A DNA stretch of 64,000 bases, from contig JAGOVB010000001.1 of assembly GCA_018060945.1 (NCBI GenBank), positions 5,238 through 69,237 on the forward strand, written 5' to 3'. The position numbers were made by a program, and so were the translations under genes. This stretch comes from Minisyncoccota bacterium (lineage in GTDB: Bacteria; Patescibacteriota; Minisyncoccia; Phycocordibacterales; PALSA-1337). The notes beneath the pieces were generated by a model. The model was not told where the DNA came from. It saw only the letters and a list, made by a program, of their open reading frames with translations, and searched no databases. This document shows positions 10,160-19,768 of this stretch, in pieces (positions within the stretch are counted from its first letter, which is position 1; each line of letters opens with the position of its first letter).

Positions 10160-12997
10160 ATGAAACTAGACCCGAAGGCATACGATCATTCATACATCGA
10201 GAACAAGTGGCAAAAAGAGTGGTCAAAGAAGAAAACATTCGAAACAAAAGATAATTTTGATGCTCCTAAGTTCTATATTCTCGACATGTTTCCGTATCCA
10301 TCTGGCGAAGGTCTCCATGTAGGTCATCCAAAGGGGTATATCGCAACAGACGTTGTCTCTCGTATGAAGCGTATGCAAGGGTTCAATGTACTGCATCCTA
10401 TGGGTTTTGATGCCTTTGGTCTTCCAGCTGAAAACTATGCGATCAAAACAAAGACAAATCCTGTCGACTCAACAAAGAAAAATGTTGCTCGATACAAAAA
10501 GCAGTTAGAGATCCTCGGTTTTGACTATGACTGGAATCGAGAAATCAATACGACTGATCCAAAATATTATAAATGGACACAGTGGATTTTTCTCAAGCTA
10601 CTCGAAAAAGGACTTGCATATGAGTCGTATGAGCCGATCAACTGGTGTCCCGTCGACAAAACAGGGCTTTCGAACGAAGATATTGAAAATGGGCGCTGTG
10701 AACGCTGTGGTTCGCTTGTAGAGAAAAAGCCGATGCGTCAGTGGGTACTGCGCATCACCGACTATGCTGAACGCATGCTTGCAGATCTCGAATACGTAGA
10801 CTGGCCAGAATCTATAAAGGAGAGTCAGAGAAACTGGATCGGTAAAAGTGAAGGAGTAAATTTTAAATGCAAAATAAAAGACTTCGACATTGAAGTTGAG
10901 ATGTTTAACTCTGTACCTCAGACATACCGCGCTGAGACTTTTACAGTGATTGCTCCTGAGCACAAACTGGTAGAAAAATTAGTAAAAGGAACTCCCCAAG
11001 AACAAGTGGTTTTGGATTTTATTAAAAAGATTCAAGAAAAGAAAGCTACAAACAAGTTTGATATCGAAAATGACCTAGAGGGAATATTTACAGGTCGCTA
11101 TATAGAAAATTATGCTGGTACTGGTCGCGATCTCCCAATATGGGTCGCTTCATATGTAGTCGCTGACTACGGAACTGGTATGGTAAATTGCAGTGCTCAT
11201 GATGAGCGAGATTTTAAGTTTGCAAAGAAATACGGTATTCCACTACACCCTGTCGCTGAACCTCTTCTCGTTGTTACCAAAGGGGATGATGCGGTCAGGA
11301 AAGACATGCCATTTGTCGAGCGTAACGCAGTCGTCTGTGTGATCAAACACTGGGCAGAAGAGAAGTATCTTTGTCTTTCATGGAAATCAAATGATTGGAA
11401 AGGTTTTGTGATTGGAGGCATCGAAGAAGGTGAAAGCGCCACAGATGCAGCGACTCGTGAAATCATCGAAGAGACTGGATACAAAAATCCAGTAGTTGTT
11501 AAAAAACTTGGCGGAACTGTGCATGCACAGTTTTATCAAGCACTAAAAAAACAAAATCGTTTTGCGCACTTTACTCCTGTCCTCATCAAGCTTCGAAATG
11601 GAGACCAGAATCCAGTCACTGAGGAAGAAAAGAAAATCCACGACGTACACTGGCTCACTCCTGCAGAAGTTACAAATTTTATAAGCCGAGATGATCAAAA
11701 GGTGATCTGGGAGCGTGCTATAGGAACTGATAAACCTATAATTAAAAATGGCATCCTCACTGAACCAAAAGAGTTCAAAGGACGAGAGTGGAATGAAGTG
11801 CGTCCTGATATCATAGATTTTCTAGTAAAAAGCGGCTTTGCAACACGCAAAGTAAATTACAAACTCCGGGACTGGGTGTTTTCTCGACAGCGATATTGGG
11901 GAGAACCTATTCCTGTATTGCATAAAGATGGAAAGGTTTTTCCTGTATCTGAAAAAGAACTACCGGTGGAGTTACCTGCGGTAAAGTCATACGAGCCAAC
12001 AGGTACAGGTGAGTCACCACTCGCAGGTATCAAGAAGTGGATCAATGTAAAAATTGGGAAAGAAACCTACACCCGAGAGAGCAATACGATGCCTCAGTGG
12101 GCAGGTTCTTCTTGGTACTATCTCCGCTACATGGATCCTGATAATAAAAAAGTACTTGTCGATCCTAAAAAAGAAAAATATTGGAATCAAGTAGACCTCT
12201 ATGTAGGAGGAGCAGAACACGCCACTCGACACCTTATATATGCACGATTCTGGCATAAGTTCCTTTATGACATCGGGATAGTAAGTACGCTCGAACCTTT
12301 CAAACGACTACAGCATGTAGGTCTCATCATGGCAGAAGATGGCAGAAAGATGTCAAAACGATTTGGAAACGTAGTAAATCCAGATGAAATCGTCTCAAAA
12401 TATGGAGCAGACACCCTACGTATATATGAAATGTTTATGGGTCCGTTTGACCAGCAGATAAAATGGGACACAAATAGCATACTGGGGGCCAGACGATTTG
12501 TCGAACGCATCTGGAAGCTCAAAGAAAAGGTAGGCATCGACACTCCATCTAAACATGTTGAATCAGTTCTTCATAAAACAATAAAAAAAGTGAGTGAAGA
12601 CATTGTCATGATGCGTTTCAACACTGCAATCAGCACCCTCATGATCGCACTCAACGAGTTTGAAAAAGAAATGGTCATCCCAAAATCTGTGTACGAAAGC
12701 TTTATACAGTTGATTGCTCCTTTTGCACCGCATATAGCTGAAGAGATCTGGACCAAGATGGGGGGGAAAGAATCGATACATACGTCAGAATGGCCGACAC
12801 ATGACCCGGCAAAGATAACTGAAGATGCAAAGACAATCGTCATTCAGTTCAATGGCAAGACAAAAGGGACGATCGTGGTAGAGGGGAATCCGAGCGACAG
12901 TTATTTAGAGGAGAAAGCCAAGGAGTTTTTGAAGATAACGGAGGTAAAAAAGGTGATAGTTGTACCTGGAAAACTAGTGAATATCGTAGGTGCTTGA
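10160..12997 (+). CDS. leuS: Leucyl-tRNA synthetase with an embedded Nudix-hydrolase domain
   Basis: Class I HIGH (HVGHPKGY) and KMSKR motifs, CP1-like region (GTGMVNCSAHDERDFKFAKKYG) and the conserved RKVNYKLRDWVFSRQRYWGEPIP block. Between them lies about 140 aa with a Nudix box (GGIEEGESATDAATREIIEETGY). Start is the first ATG (MKLDPKAYDH) in the long ORF. Confidence 0.85.
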   Translation: MKLDPKAYDHSYIENKWQKEWSKKKTFETKDNFDAPKFYILDMFPYPSGEGLHVGHPKGYIATDVVSRMKRMQGFNVLHPMGFDAFGLPAENYAIKTKTNPVDSTKKNVARYKKQLEILGFDYDWNREINTTDPKYYKWTQWIFLKLLEKGLAYESYEPINWCPVDKTGLSNEDIENGRCERCGSLVEKKPMRQWVLRITDYAERMLADLEYVDWPESIKESQRNWIGKSEGVNFKCKIKDFDIEVEMFNSVPQTYRAETFTVIAPEHKLVEKLVKGTPQEQVVLDFIKKIQEKKATNKFDIENDLEGIFTGRYIENYAGTGRDLPIWVASYVVADYGTGMVNCSAHDERDFKFAKKYGIPLHPVAEPLLVVTKGDDAVRKDMPFVERNAVVCVIKHWAEEKYLCLSWKSNDWKGFVIGGIEEGESATDAATREIIEETGYKNPVVVKKLGGTVHAQFYQALKKQNRFAHFTPVLIKLRNGDQNPVTEEEKKIHDVHWLTPAEVTNFISRDDQKVIWERAIGTDKPIIKNGILTEPKEFKGREWNEVRPDIIDFLVKSGFATRKVNYKLRDWVFSRQRYWGEPIPVLHKDGKVFPVSEKELPVELPAVKSYEPTGTGESPLAGIKKWINVKIGKETYTRESNTMPQWAGSSWYYLRYMDPDNKKVLVDPKKEKYWNQVDLYVGGAEHATRHLIYARFWHKFLYDIGIVSTLEPFKRLQHVGLIMAEDGRKMSKRFGNVVNPDEIVSKYGADTLRIYEMFMGPFDQQIKWDTNSILGARRFVERIWKLKEKVGIDTPSKHVESVLHKTIKKVSEDIVMMRFNTAISTLMIALNEFEKEMVIPKSVYESFIQLIAPFAPHIAEEIWTKMGGKESIHTSEWPTHDPAKITEDAKTIVIQFNGKTKGTIVVEGNPSDSYLEEKAKEFLKITEVKKVIVVPGKLVNIVGA

Positions 12998-14088
12998 CCT
13001 TATACGCTAAGTATGATAAAACTATAACATCCTATAAAACACATATGGCACCAATAGACTTCAAACCAAAACAAACAGTTAAAAAGCTCCTCTCGGTGCT
13101 TCCTGAACGTGCTCGTGATGTTCTGATTCAGCGATATGGACTTGGTAAAAGCACTACTCGCATGACTCTAGATGCGATTGGTAAACTTTACGGTATTACC
13201 CGTGAACGTGTCCGCCAAATCGAAAACTATGCACTGACCAACATCCGTAAATCAGAAGCCTACAAGACCGAGAAGGCAGCTTTTGCTCATCTCGAAGAGA
13301 ACATCCACACTCTCGGTGGTATCGTGTTGGAGACAGATCTACTTGAGCATATGTCAAAAGAAGTTTCTACCCAAAACCATATTAACTTCCTCCTCGCACT
13401 CCATGAGTCATTTAAAAAGCGAAAAGAAGATGAACATTTTGAACATCGATGGCATGTAAATGAAGAGCTCGCACAAAAAGTAGAAGACGCGCTCCACAAG
13501 CTATATTCAAACCTTGACGATAACGATTTACTCCAAGAATCAGAGATGATTCAGTCATTCCTAGAACATCTAGAGGACGTTTCTGAAAAATACAAAAACC
13601 AGGAAATTCTTACTCGATGGCTTTCTATCTCAAAGAAAGTTGGAAAGAATGCGCTCGGTGAATGGGGTGTTTCAAACTCTTCAAATATTAAAACAAAAGG
13701 TATGCGAGACTATGCATTCCTTGTTATCCGAAAACATGGTTCTCCTATACACTTTCGAGAAGTAGCAAAGAACATTGAGAAAATCTTCAAAAAGAAGGCT
13801 CATGTTGCAACTTGTCACAATGAACTCATTAAAGATCCACGCTTTGTACTCGTTGGTCGTGGTCTCTATGCACTAAAAGAATGGGGATATGCTAGTGGAG
13901 TTGTCCGAGATGTGATCCGAGCAATCGTTGTTAAAAATGGCCCTCTCACAAAAGAGCAGGTTATTGAAAAAGTCCTCAAAGAACGATACGTAAAAGAAAA
14001 TACTATTATGGTAAATCTCCAGAACCAAAAGTATTTCAAGAAGGATAAAGAGGGACGATATTCTATTGTAGAACAAACTAAGGTATAA
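12994..14088 (+). CDS. Sigma-70 region-4-like HTH protein with C-terminal domain of unknown function
   Basis: N-terminal PERARDVLIQRYGL...TLDAIGKLYGITRERVRQIENYALTNIRK resembles sigma-70 region 4 (HTH). TTG start at 12994 overlaps the leuS stop. The first ATG in frame is at 13045. Confidence 0.5.
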   Translation: MTLYAKYDKTITSYKTHMAPIDFKPKQTVKKLLSVLPERARDVLIQRYGLGKSTTRMTLDAIGKLYGITRERVRQIENYALTNIRKSEAYKTEKAAFAHLEENIHTLGGIVLETDLLEHMSKEVSTQNHINFLLALHESFKKRKEDEHFEHRWHVNEELAQKVEDALHKLYSNLDDNDLLQESEMIQSFLEHLEDVSEKYKNQEILTRWLSISKKVGKNALGEWGVSNSSNIKTKGMRDYAFLVIRKHGSPIHFREVAKNIEKIFKKKAHVATCHNELIKDPRFVLVGRGLYALKEWGYASGVVRDVIRAIVVKNGPLTKEQVIEKVLKERYVKENTIMVNLQNQKYFKKDKEGRYSIVEQTKV

Positions 14089-14096
14089 TTTAGGGC

Positions 14097-15320
14097 ATGC
14101 TTGCCCAAGTTATCTTGATCCTCGCACAAACTGCACCGATTTGGGTGACCTTTATTCTACTTATGCTGTTTTGGCATATTTGGCTCATATATATTCGATC
14201 TGAATATTTCTTTAAAGTCGAAACTGTTCTACTACAAATAAAACTGCCAAAGGAGATGATGAAGTCGCCACTTGCGATGGAGCTTTTTCTTACCTCACTA
14301 CACCAGACCAGCGGTGAAGGAACTTGGTATGACAAGTATTGGCTCGGCAAGACCAGAACCTGGTATTCTCTCGAAATGGTTTCAATAGAAGGGGATGTTC
14401 GTTTCTACATCTGGACTCGAAAACTATTACAGAAATTCACAGAATCATCACTCTATGCACAGTTCCCAGGTATCGAAGTACATCCTGCTGAAGACTATGC
14501 ACGACCTGTTGATTATGACCCGGCTACGATGGGTATGTTTGCTACTGAAATGGAGTTTCTGAAAGATGATGCCTATCCTATAAAAACCTATGTTGATTTT
14601 GGGCTCGATAAAGATCCGAAGGAGGAATTTAAAGTAGACCCAATAGCCCCAGTGCTAGAATACTTGGGTTCGATTGGAGCAAATCAGCAAGCATGGATAC
14701 AGATCATTGTACGAGCATATCGACCTGACAAAAGAAAGCCAGGAAGTTTTTTCAAGTTTAAACATGACACCCTAAAAGATAATGCTCAAAAGATTATAAA
14801 TGAAATCTTGATTCGAGATCCGAAGACAAAAGTCTCAGGAAGTCCAGAAGAAGGTTTTTCGAAAAATCCGACGATTACAAAAGGTGAGCAAGAAGTCATC
14901 GCTGCAATCGAGCGAAATATGAACAAAATACAGTTCGATGTTGGAATCCGTTGTCTATATTGGGGTAAAAAAGGATTTTTTGATCCAGCATGTATATCAG
15001 GTATACTCGGATCTTGGAAACAGTACAACACTGGATCTCTAAACGGAATCAAACCGTATACTGATGAATACAGCATGTCATACAGCTATCCATGGCAAGA
15101 CTTTATGGGCTTAAAGCTTAAGAAAGATTTAAGGAGATTTCTAGATGGATACAAACGCAGAAATTTCTTTTTCCCTCCAGTTAAAGGGTACAACGTGCTC
15201 GTGATGAGTACAGAAGAACTTGCCACTATATTCCACTTCCCAGGACAGGTCGCTGCAGCCCCATCATTTACACGTATTCTCTCAAAGAAGTCAGAAGCAC
15301 CATCAAACCTTCCTCTATAA
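14097..15320 (+). CDS. Hypothetical membrane-anchored protein
   Basis: N-terminal TM helix followed by 370 aa with no recognised catalytic motif. Confidence 0.4.
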   Translation: MLAQVILILAQTAPIWVTFILLMLFWHIWLIYIRSEYFFKVETVLLQIKLPKEMMKSPLAMELFLTSLHQTSGEGTWYDKYWLGKTRTWYSLEMVSIEGDVRFYIWTRKLLQKFTESSLYAQFPGIEVHPAEDYARPVDYDPATMGMFATEMEFLKDDAYPIKTYVDFGLDKDPKEEFKVDPIAPVLEYLGSIGANQQAWIQIIVRAYRPDKRKPGSFFKFKHDTLKDNAQKIINEILIRDPKTKVSGSPEEGFSKNPTITKGEQEVIAAIERNMNKIQFDVGIRCLYWGKKGFFDPACISGILGSWKQYNTGSLNGIKPYTDEYSMSYSYPWQDFMGLKLKKDLRRFLDGYKRRNFFFPPVKGYNVLVMSTEELATIFHFPGQVAAAPSFTRILSKKSEAPSNLPL

Positions 15321-16150
15321 TGAAAAAGATTATTCCCTTATTTCTGATCTGTCTTTTGGTTGTCACCGCTGCTTTTTTAGTTAAGACTCCATCAAACTTT
15401 CCTGAGAAGAAGGTTGTAACTGTTGATAAAAAACTTACTATCGATCAGATCGGTATGCTTTTGAAAGAAAATCATGTAATACAATCGCCACTAATATTTA
15501 AAACACTGATCTTTAAAAGAAATGTTAAAGCAGGTGAATACTACTTTGATAAAGAAGAAAGTATTTTCAGTATCGTAAACAGACTAATTATAGGAAAAAG
15601 CAATCTTCCTATGATACGTATTACGATCCCTGAGGGCTCAAATAACGAGCAGATCGGAGCTATTATCTGGGGGAAAGTTCCCAACTTCAATGCACCACTA
15701 TTTTTAAAGAAAGGATTTGCATTGCAGGGCCGTTTGTTTCCAGACACTTACGATATTCCTCTGACTGCTGATGAGGATTTTGTTATCTCATTATTGAAAA
15801 ATACATTTGATAAAAAAGCAGGTAAAGTAAGTGATGAGACTGTAAACATGGCCGCAATACTTGAGGAAGAGGGTAGTAATGCAGAAAATAGAAAGATGAT
15901 TGCTAACATTTTGTGGCGTAGGCTAAAGATCGGTATGCCACTACAGGTGGATGTGGCGAGAGAAACATACAAGTGGAAGGGTTTTCCTTCAAAGCCTATT
16001 ACTAACCCAGGCCTACAATCGATTCAAGCAGCGCAAGAGCCTACCCCAAACTCTTACCTCTATTATATTTCTGACAAAGATGGTATATTCCACTACGCTA
16101 AAACATATGAAGAACATTTGGTCAATATTCAAAAATACCTCAAGAAATAA
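15320..16150 (+). CDS. mltG: Endolytic murein transglycosylase MltG (YceG-like)
   Basis: Signal/TM N-terminus. YceG-like blocks: EGSNNEQIGAII, LFPDTYDIP, PLQVDVARETYKWKGFPSKPITNPG. Confidence 0.75.
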   Translation: MKKIIPLFLICLLVVTAAFLVKTPSNFPEKKVVTVDKKLTIDQIGMLLKENHVIQSPLIFKTLIFKRNVKAGEYYFDKEESIFSIVNRLIIGKSNLPMIRITIPEGSNNEQIGAIIWGKVPNFNAPLFLKKGFALQGRLFPDTYDIPLTADEDFVISLLKNTFDKKAGKVSDETVNMAAILEEEGSNAENRKMIANILWRRLKIGMPLQVDVARETYKWKGFPSKPITNPGLQSIQAAQEPTPNSYLYYISDKDGIFHYAKTYEEHLVNIQKYLKK

Positions 16151-17153
16151 GGGTAAAAAAGTATTTGTTGGTATGTCGGGAGGAGTCGACAGCTCTGTTT
16201 CAGCATACTTGCTAAAAAAAGCTGGTTACGATGTAACCGGTGTCTTTATCGAAGTCTGGCAGCCAGATTGGATCACCTGTACTTGGAAAGAAGATAGGCT
16301 GGACGCTATGCGTGTGGCCGCACATCTCGGCATCTCATTTACGACATTAGACCTAGAAAAGGAATATAAAGAAGAAGTGGTTGACTATATGATTTCGGAA
16401 TACAGAAAAGGGCGGACACCAAACCCTGATGTGATGTGTAATAAATATGTAAAGTTTGGTGGCTTTTATAATTGGGCAGTGGGGCAAGGAGCTGACTTTG
16501 TAGCAACCGGTCACTACGCTCAGAGTAAAGAAGGAAATATGTATACTGCCAGAGATGCGAGCAAGGATCAAACATACTTTCTCTGGACAGTAAAAGATTT
16601 TTCAAAGATATTGTTTCCGATAGGACATCTACTAAAAACAGAGGTTCGCGATATTGCTCGCAAGGTAAATCTACCCGTAGCAGAAAAAAAGGACAGTCAA
16701 GGTCTTTGTTTTATCGGAAAAATAGATTTTAAAGAATTTCTTTCGCACTATATTACTCCGACTCCCGGTAATGTAATTTTAAATAATGAAATAGTAGGAA
16801 CACATGATGGTATCGAATACCTCACGATCGGACAACGACATGGATTTACTATAACCAAAAAGACCCCAAATGACGTCCCTCTATTTATCGTTGAAAAAAC
16901 AGGAAATGATGTAGCTGTAAGTCCAAAAGAAAAAACAAGTACAGCAATTACTATTGAAATAGCAAATTCAAATATAAAAAAAGATGGCACCTTTATGGCC
17001 CGTGCTCGTTATCGCCAGCCGCTTTTTGAATGTACTGTAGAAAAGAATAAAGTCACTTTTAAAGAACCTCAGATAGTCGCAGAGGGACAGTCTATCGTAG
17101 CCTATGATGGAAATCATTGCATAGGAGGAGGGATTATCGACAAAGTGTTATAA
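16113..17153 (+). CDS. mnmA: tRNA-specific 2-thiouridylase MnmA
   Basis: PP-loop VFVGMSGGVDSSVSAYLL, the CNKYVKF cysteine motif, and a C-terminal MnmA barrel. Start is uncertain: ATG at 16113 overlaps mltG by 38 nt, and the alternative ATG at 16173 would truncate the KKVFVG N-terminus. Confidence 0.8.
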   Translation, partial: NIWSIFKNTSRNKGKKVFVGMSGGVDSSVSAYLLKKAGYDVTGVFIEVWQPDWITCTWKEDRLDAMRVAAHLGISFTTLDLEKEYKEEVVDYMISEYRKGRTPNPDVMCNKYVKFGGFYNWAVGQGADFVATGHYAQSKEGNMYTARDASKDQTYFLWTVKDFSKILFPIGHLLKTEVRDIARKVNLPVAEKKDSQGLCFIGKIDFKEFLSHYITPTPGNVILNNEIVGTHDGIEYLTIGQRHGFTITKKTPNDVPLFIVEKTGNDVAVSPKEKTSTAITIEIANSNIKKDGTFMARARYRQPLFECTVEKNKVTFKEPQIVAEGQSIVAYDGNHCIGGGIIDKVL

Positions 17154-17160
17154 TGTTTGC

Positions 17161-18015
17161 ATGGAAAAACCCATATACATAAAGAAAGCTGACGGAACGC
17201 TAGAACCCTTTAATGAAAACAAACTGATTGAGTCTCTAGAGCATGTCGGTGCTGACAAAGATGTCATCGATAGTATTGTCGAAAAAGTAAAAAGAGAAAT
17301 CAAAGATGGGATGACGACAGGAGCTATCTATCACCTCGCTTTTTCACATTTACGAGAATCAAAGACAAATACCGCAGTAAAATATTCGCTTCGACGCGCA
17401 CTTTCAGAGCTCGGTCCAAACGGATTTCCTTTTGAGCGTTTTATTGCTGAAATATTCAAAACCCAAGGTTACGAAGCAGTAACTGATCAGGTTGTATATG
17501 GCGCTTGTGTACCACACGAAGTAGATGTAGTCGCTTGGAAAGGAGACGAGCTCATCATGGTTGAAGCAAAATTTCACAATGAGTTTGGGTTCAAGTCTGA
17601 TGTCAAAGTTGCTCTATATGTAAAAGCTCGATTTGATGATTTGAAAGAAAATGAATTTGAGTACGGAGGTAAAAAAAGAAAGATCACTGATGCATGGCTC
17701 GTTACCAATACAAAGTTTACTGATCAGGCGATTCACTATGCCGAATGTAAAGGTTTGAAACTTATTGGTTGGAACTATCCTGCTCAAAACAACCTCCAAG
17801 ATATGATTGAACAATCGAATCTGCATCCGTTTACCGCACTCACTTCGCTCAGCGCTACTCAAAAGAAATATCTGCTTGCTCATAATATTCTTATGTGTAA
17901 AGATATCCCGCATCACCAAGAATTATTAAAAGAACAAGGCATGTCATCGGAGGACATTGCTAAAGTACTAAAAGAAATCGACTCTATATATGAAACTTCT
18001 AGAAAGACTGAATAG
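17161..18015 (+). CDS. ATP-cone domain fused to Mrr-like (PD-(D/E)xK) restriction-endonuclease domain
   Basis: N-terminal ATP-cone (IYIKKADGTLEPFNENKLIESLEHVGADKDVIDSIVEKV...). Then an Mrr_cat-like core FERFIAEIFKTQGYEAV...VDVVAWKGDELIMVEAKFH (D-x12-EAK). Confidence 0.6.
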   Translation: MEKPIYIKKADGTLEPFNENKLIESLEHVGADKDVIDSIVEKVKREIKDGMTTGAIYHLAFSHLRESKTNTAVKYSLRRALSELGPNGFPFERFIAEIFKTQGYEAVTDQVVYGACVPHEVDVVAWKGDELIMVEAKFHNEFGFKSDVKVALYVKARFDDLKENEFEYGGKKRKITDAWLVTNTKFTDQAIHYAECKGLKLIGWNYPAQNNLQDMIEQSNLHPFTALTSLSATQKKYLLAHNILMCKDIPHHQELLKEQGMSSEDIAKVLKEIDSIYETSRKTE

Positions 18016-19768
18016 CGAGTACGCAAAACTACACACTGGATTTGAGCTTCTTTTTTGGGAAGTATATATGACTTCACCTGAAAAGGGTGAAAAGATGAAT
18101 ACTGCAGCAGCAAAGCGTGACGCTTTTCGTGCAAGCAAAAAGCTAGCAGTAGAAGTCGATGAGGCTTTGCAAAAAGCAAAAGGCGAAGAAAAAAGTAGAC
18201 TCCTGCACTGGAAGCATTTCTTCTCTCTATTTCAGACTCCAGAGCAAGTCTTACCGCTCAAAAGGAAAGCTACCGACATAGAGTCAAAGATTGCTACTAT
18301 TCGTCAGACTCGCAAAGAAGGATACACAGACCCATATACAAATACATTTGTAGAAGCTTCTGAGAACAAGATGCGCGGCTTGGTGCGGACAAACCCCGAT
18401 GAAAAGATTAGAAAAGCAGCTTATGCTGGCTTGCAGAAATTGCCTCTGGATACTTTGGATCTATATGTTGAGCTAGTTAAGGTTCGAAATGAGTTCGCAC
18501 GTGGCATGGGCTATGATAACTTTTACGCCTATAAACTAGACCTCGACGAACAGATGACACTCGATGAGCTTTTTTCAATTTTTAACAAACTCTACGAAAA
18601 AACAAAGTATGCGCTCGATGATATAAAGGCTTTGGAAAAACAAACTCGTGGTATAACAAAACCATGGAACTTCTCATATATGATTGCTGGAGATTTTGTG
18701 ACCGAAGAAGACAAATATTTTCCGCTCGACAAAGCGCTACTACGCTGGGGGCAGTCGTTTTCTGCACTTGGTGTAGGGCTTGAAGGTGGTAGACTCGTTC
18801 TCGATCTACTCGATAGAAAAGGGAAACACAACAATGGCTTTTGCCACTATCCTCGAATTGTTGAATTTAAAAATGGTAAACGAGTGCCAGCAGAAGCTCG
18901 AGTTTCGTGTACTGCAGTTGTCGGTGAAATAGGATCTGGGTACAACGATGGACACAATACCTTGTTCCACGAAGGAGGTCACGCTGCAGACAGACTCAAC
19001 AGTTATCAAAAAGACACCATACTAAATACCGAGTACCCACCAAGCTCAGTGTCATGGGCAGAAACTCATAGTATGTTTATGGACTCGATGCTTGGAGGAA
19101 TCGACTGGAAGACCAGATATGCCGACTATCCTTTTGAACTCTTTGAACGAAAGATCCGAAAGACTGGCTTTTTGGCTCCGCTACATATCTTCTCAATCAA
19201 CGCGGTGATGGAACTTGAGCGTAGAATATATGAATCAAAAAACCTAACAGACGATGAAGTAATCAAGATTGCTCAGCAAACATACAGAAAGTTCTGGGGA
19301 CTAGACGATGATTCTCTCAATCTGCTCAACGTCTCGCACATATACTCATGGGAGAGCAGCGGGTACTATCACGGCTACGGTCTAGCAGAGCTCCAAGTCT
19401 GCCAGTGGAGAGAATATTTTTACAAAAAATACGGCTACATCGTGGACAATCCAAACGTCGGTAAAGAATTGAAAAAGGTATGGAAACTTGGTTCATCACA
19501 ACCATCAAAAGAGTTCATCAAGATTGCAACTGGTAAAAAGCTCAGTCCAGATGCATACATCAGATCTGTTACAGGAACTCCTGAACAAAAGATAAAGACT
19601 GCTAAACAAAGAATTGCTCGTCTGGAGAAAGTAAAACGCTATACGAAACCAGTAAATCTAAATGGGACTGTCATCATGATGCACGGTAAAAAGAAAATTG
19701 CCGACTCTACAAAAGGGTTTGAAAAAATGGCGGAAAAGTACAAAAAATGGTTAAATACTCTCAAATGA
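17990..19768 (+). CDS. M32-like zinc carboxypeptidase (HEGGH)
   Basis: N-terminus ELLFWEVYMTSPEKG resembles the carboxypeptidase Taq LLGWDQQTQMP block. Zinc motif FHEGGHAAD plus a downstream ETHSMFMD glutamate. An M3-family assignment is the alternative. Start may instead be the ATG at 18068. Confidence 0.55.
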   Translation: MKLLERLNSEYAKLHTGFELLFWEVYMTSPEKGEKMNTAAAKRDAFRASKKLAVEVDEALQKAKGEEKSRLLHWKHFFSLFQTPEQVLPLKRKATDIESKIATIRQTRKEGYTDPYTNTFVEASENKMRGLVRTNPDEKIRKAAYAGLQKLPLDTLDLYVELVKVRNEFARGMGYDNFYAYKLDLDEQMTLDELFSIFNKLYEKTKYALDDIKALEKQTRGITKPWNFSYMIAGDFVTEEDKYFPLDKALLRWGQSFSALGVGLEGGRLVLDLLDRKGKHNNGFCHYPRIVEFKNGKRVPAEARVSCTAVVGEIGSGYNDGHNTLFHEGGHAADRLNSYQKDTILNTEYPPSSVSWAETHSMFMDSMLGGIDWKTRYADYPFELFERKIRKTGFLAPLHIFSINAVMELERRIYESKNLTDDEVIKIAQQTYRKFWGLDDDSLNLLNVSHIYSWESSGYYHGYGLAELQVCQWREYFYKKYGYIVDNPNVGKELKKVWKLGSSQPSKEFIKIATGKKLSPDAYIRSVTGTPEQKIKTAKQRIARLEKVKRYTKPVNLNGTVIMMHGKKKIADSTKGFEKMAEKYKKWLNTLK

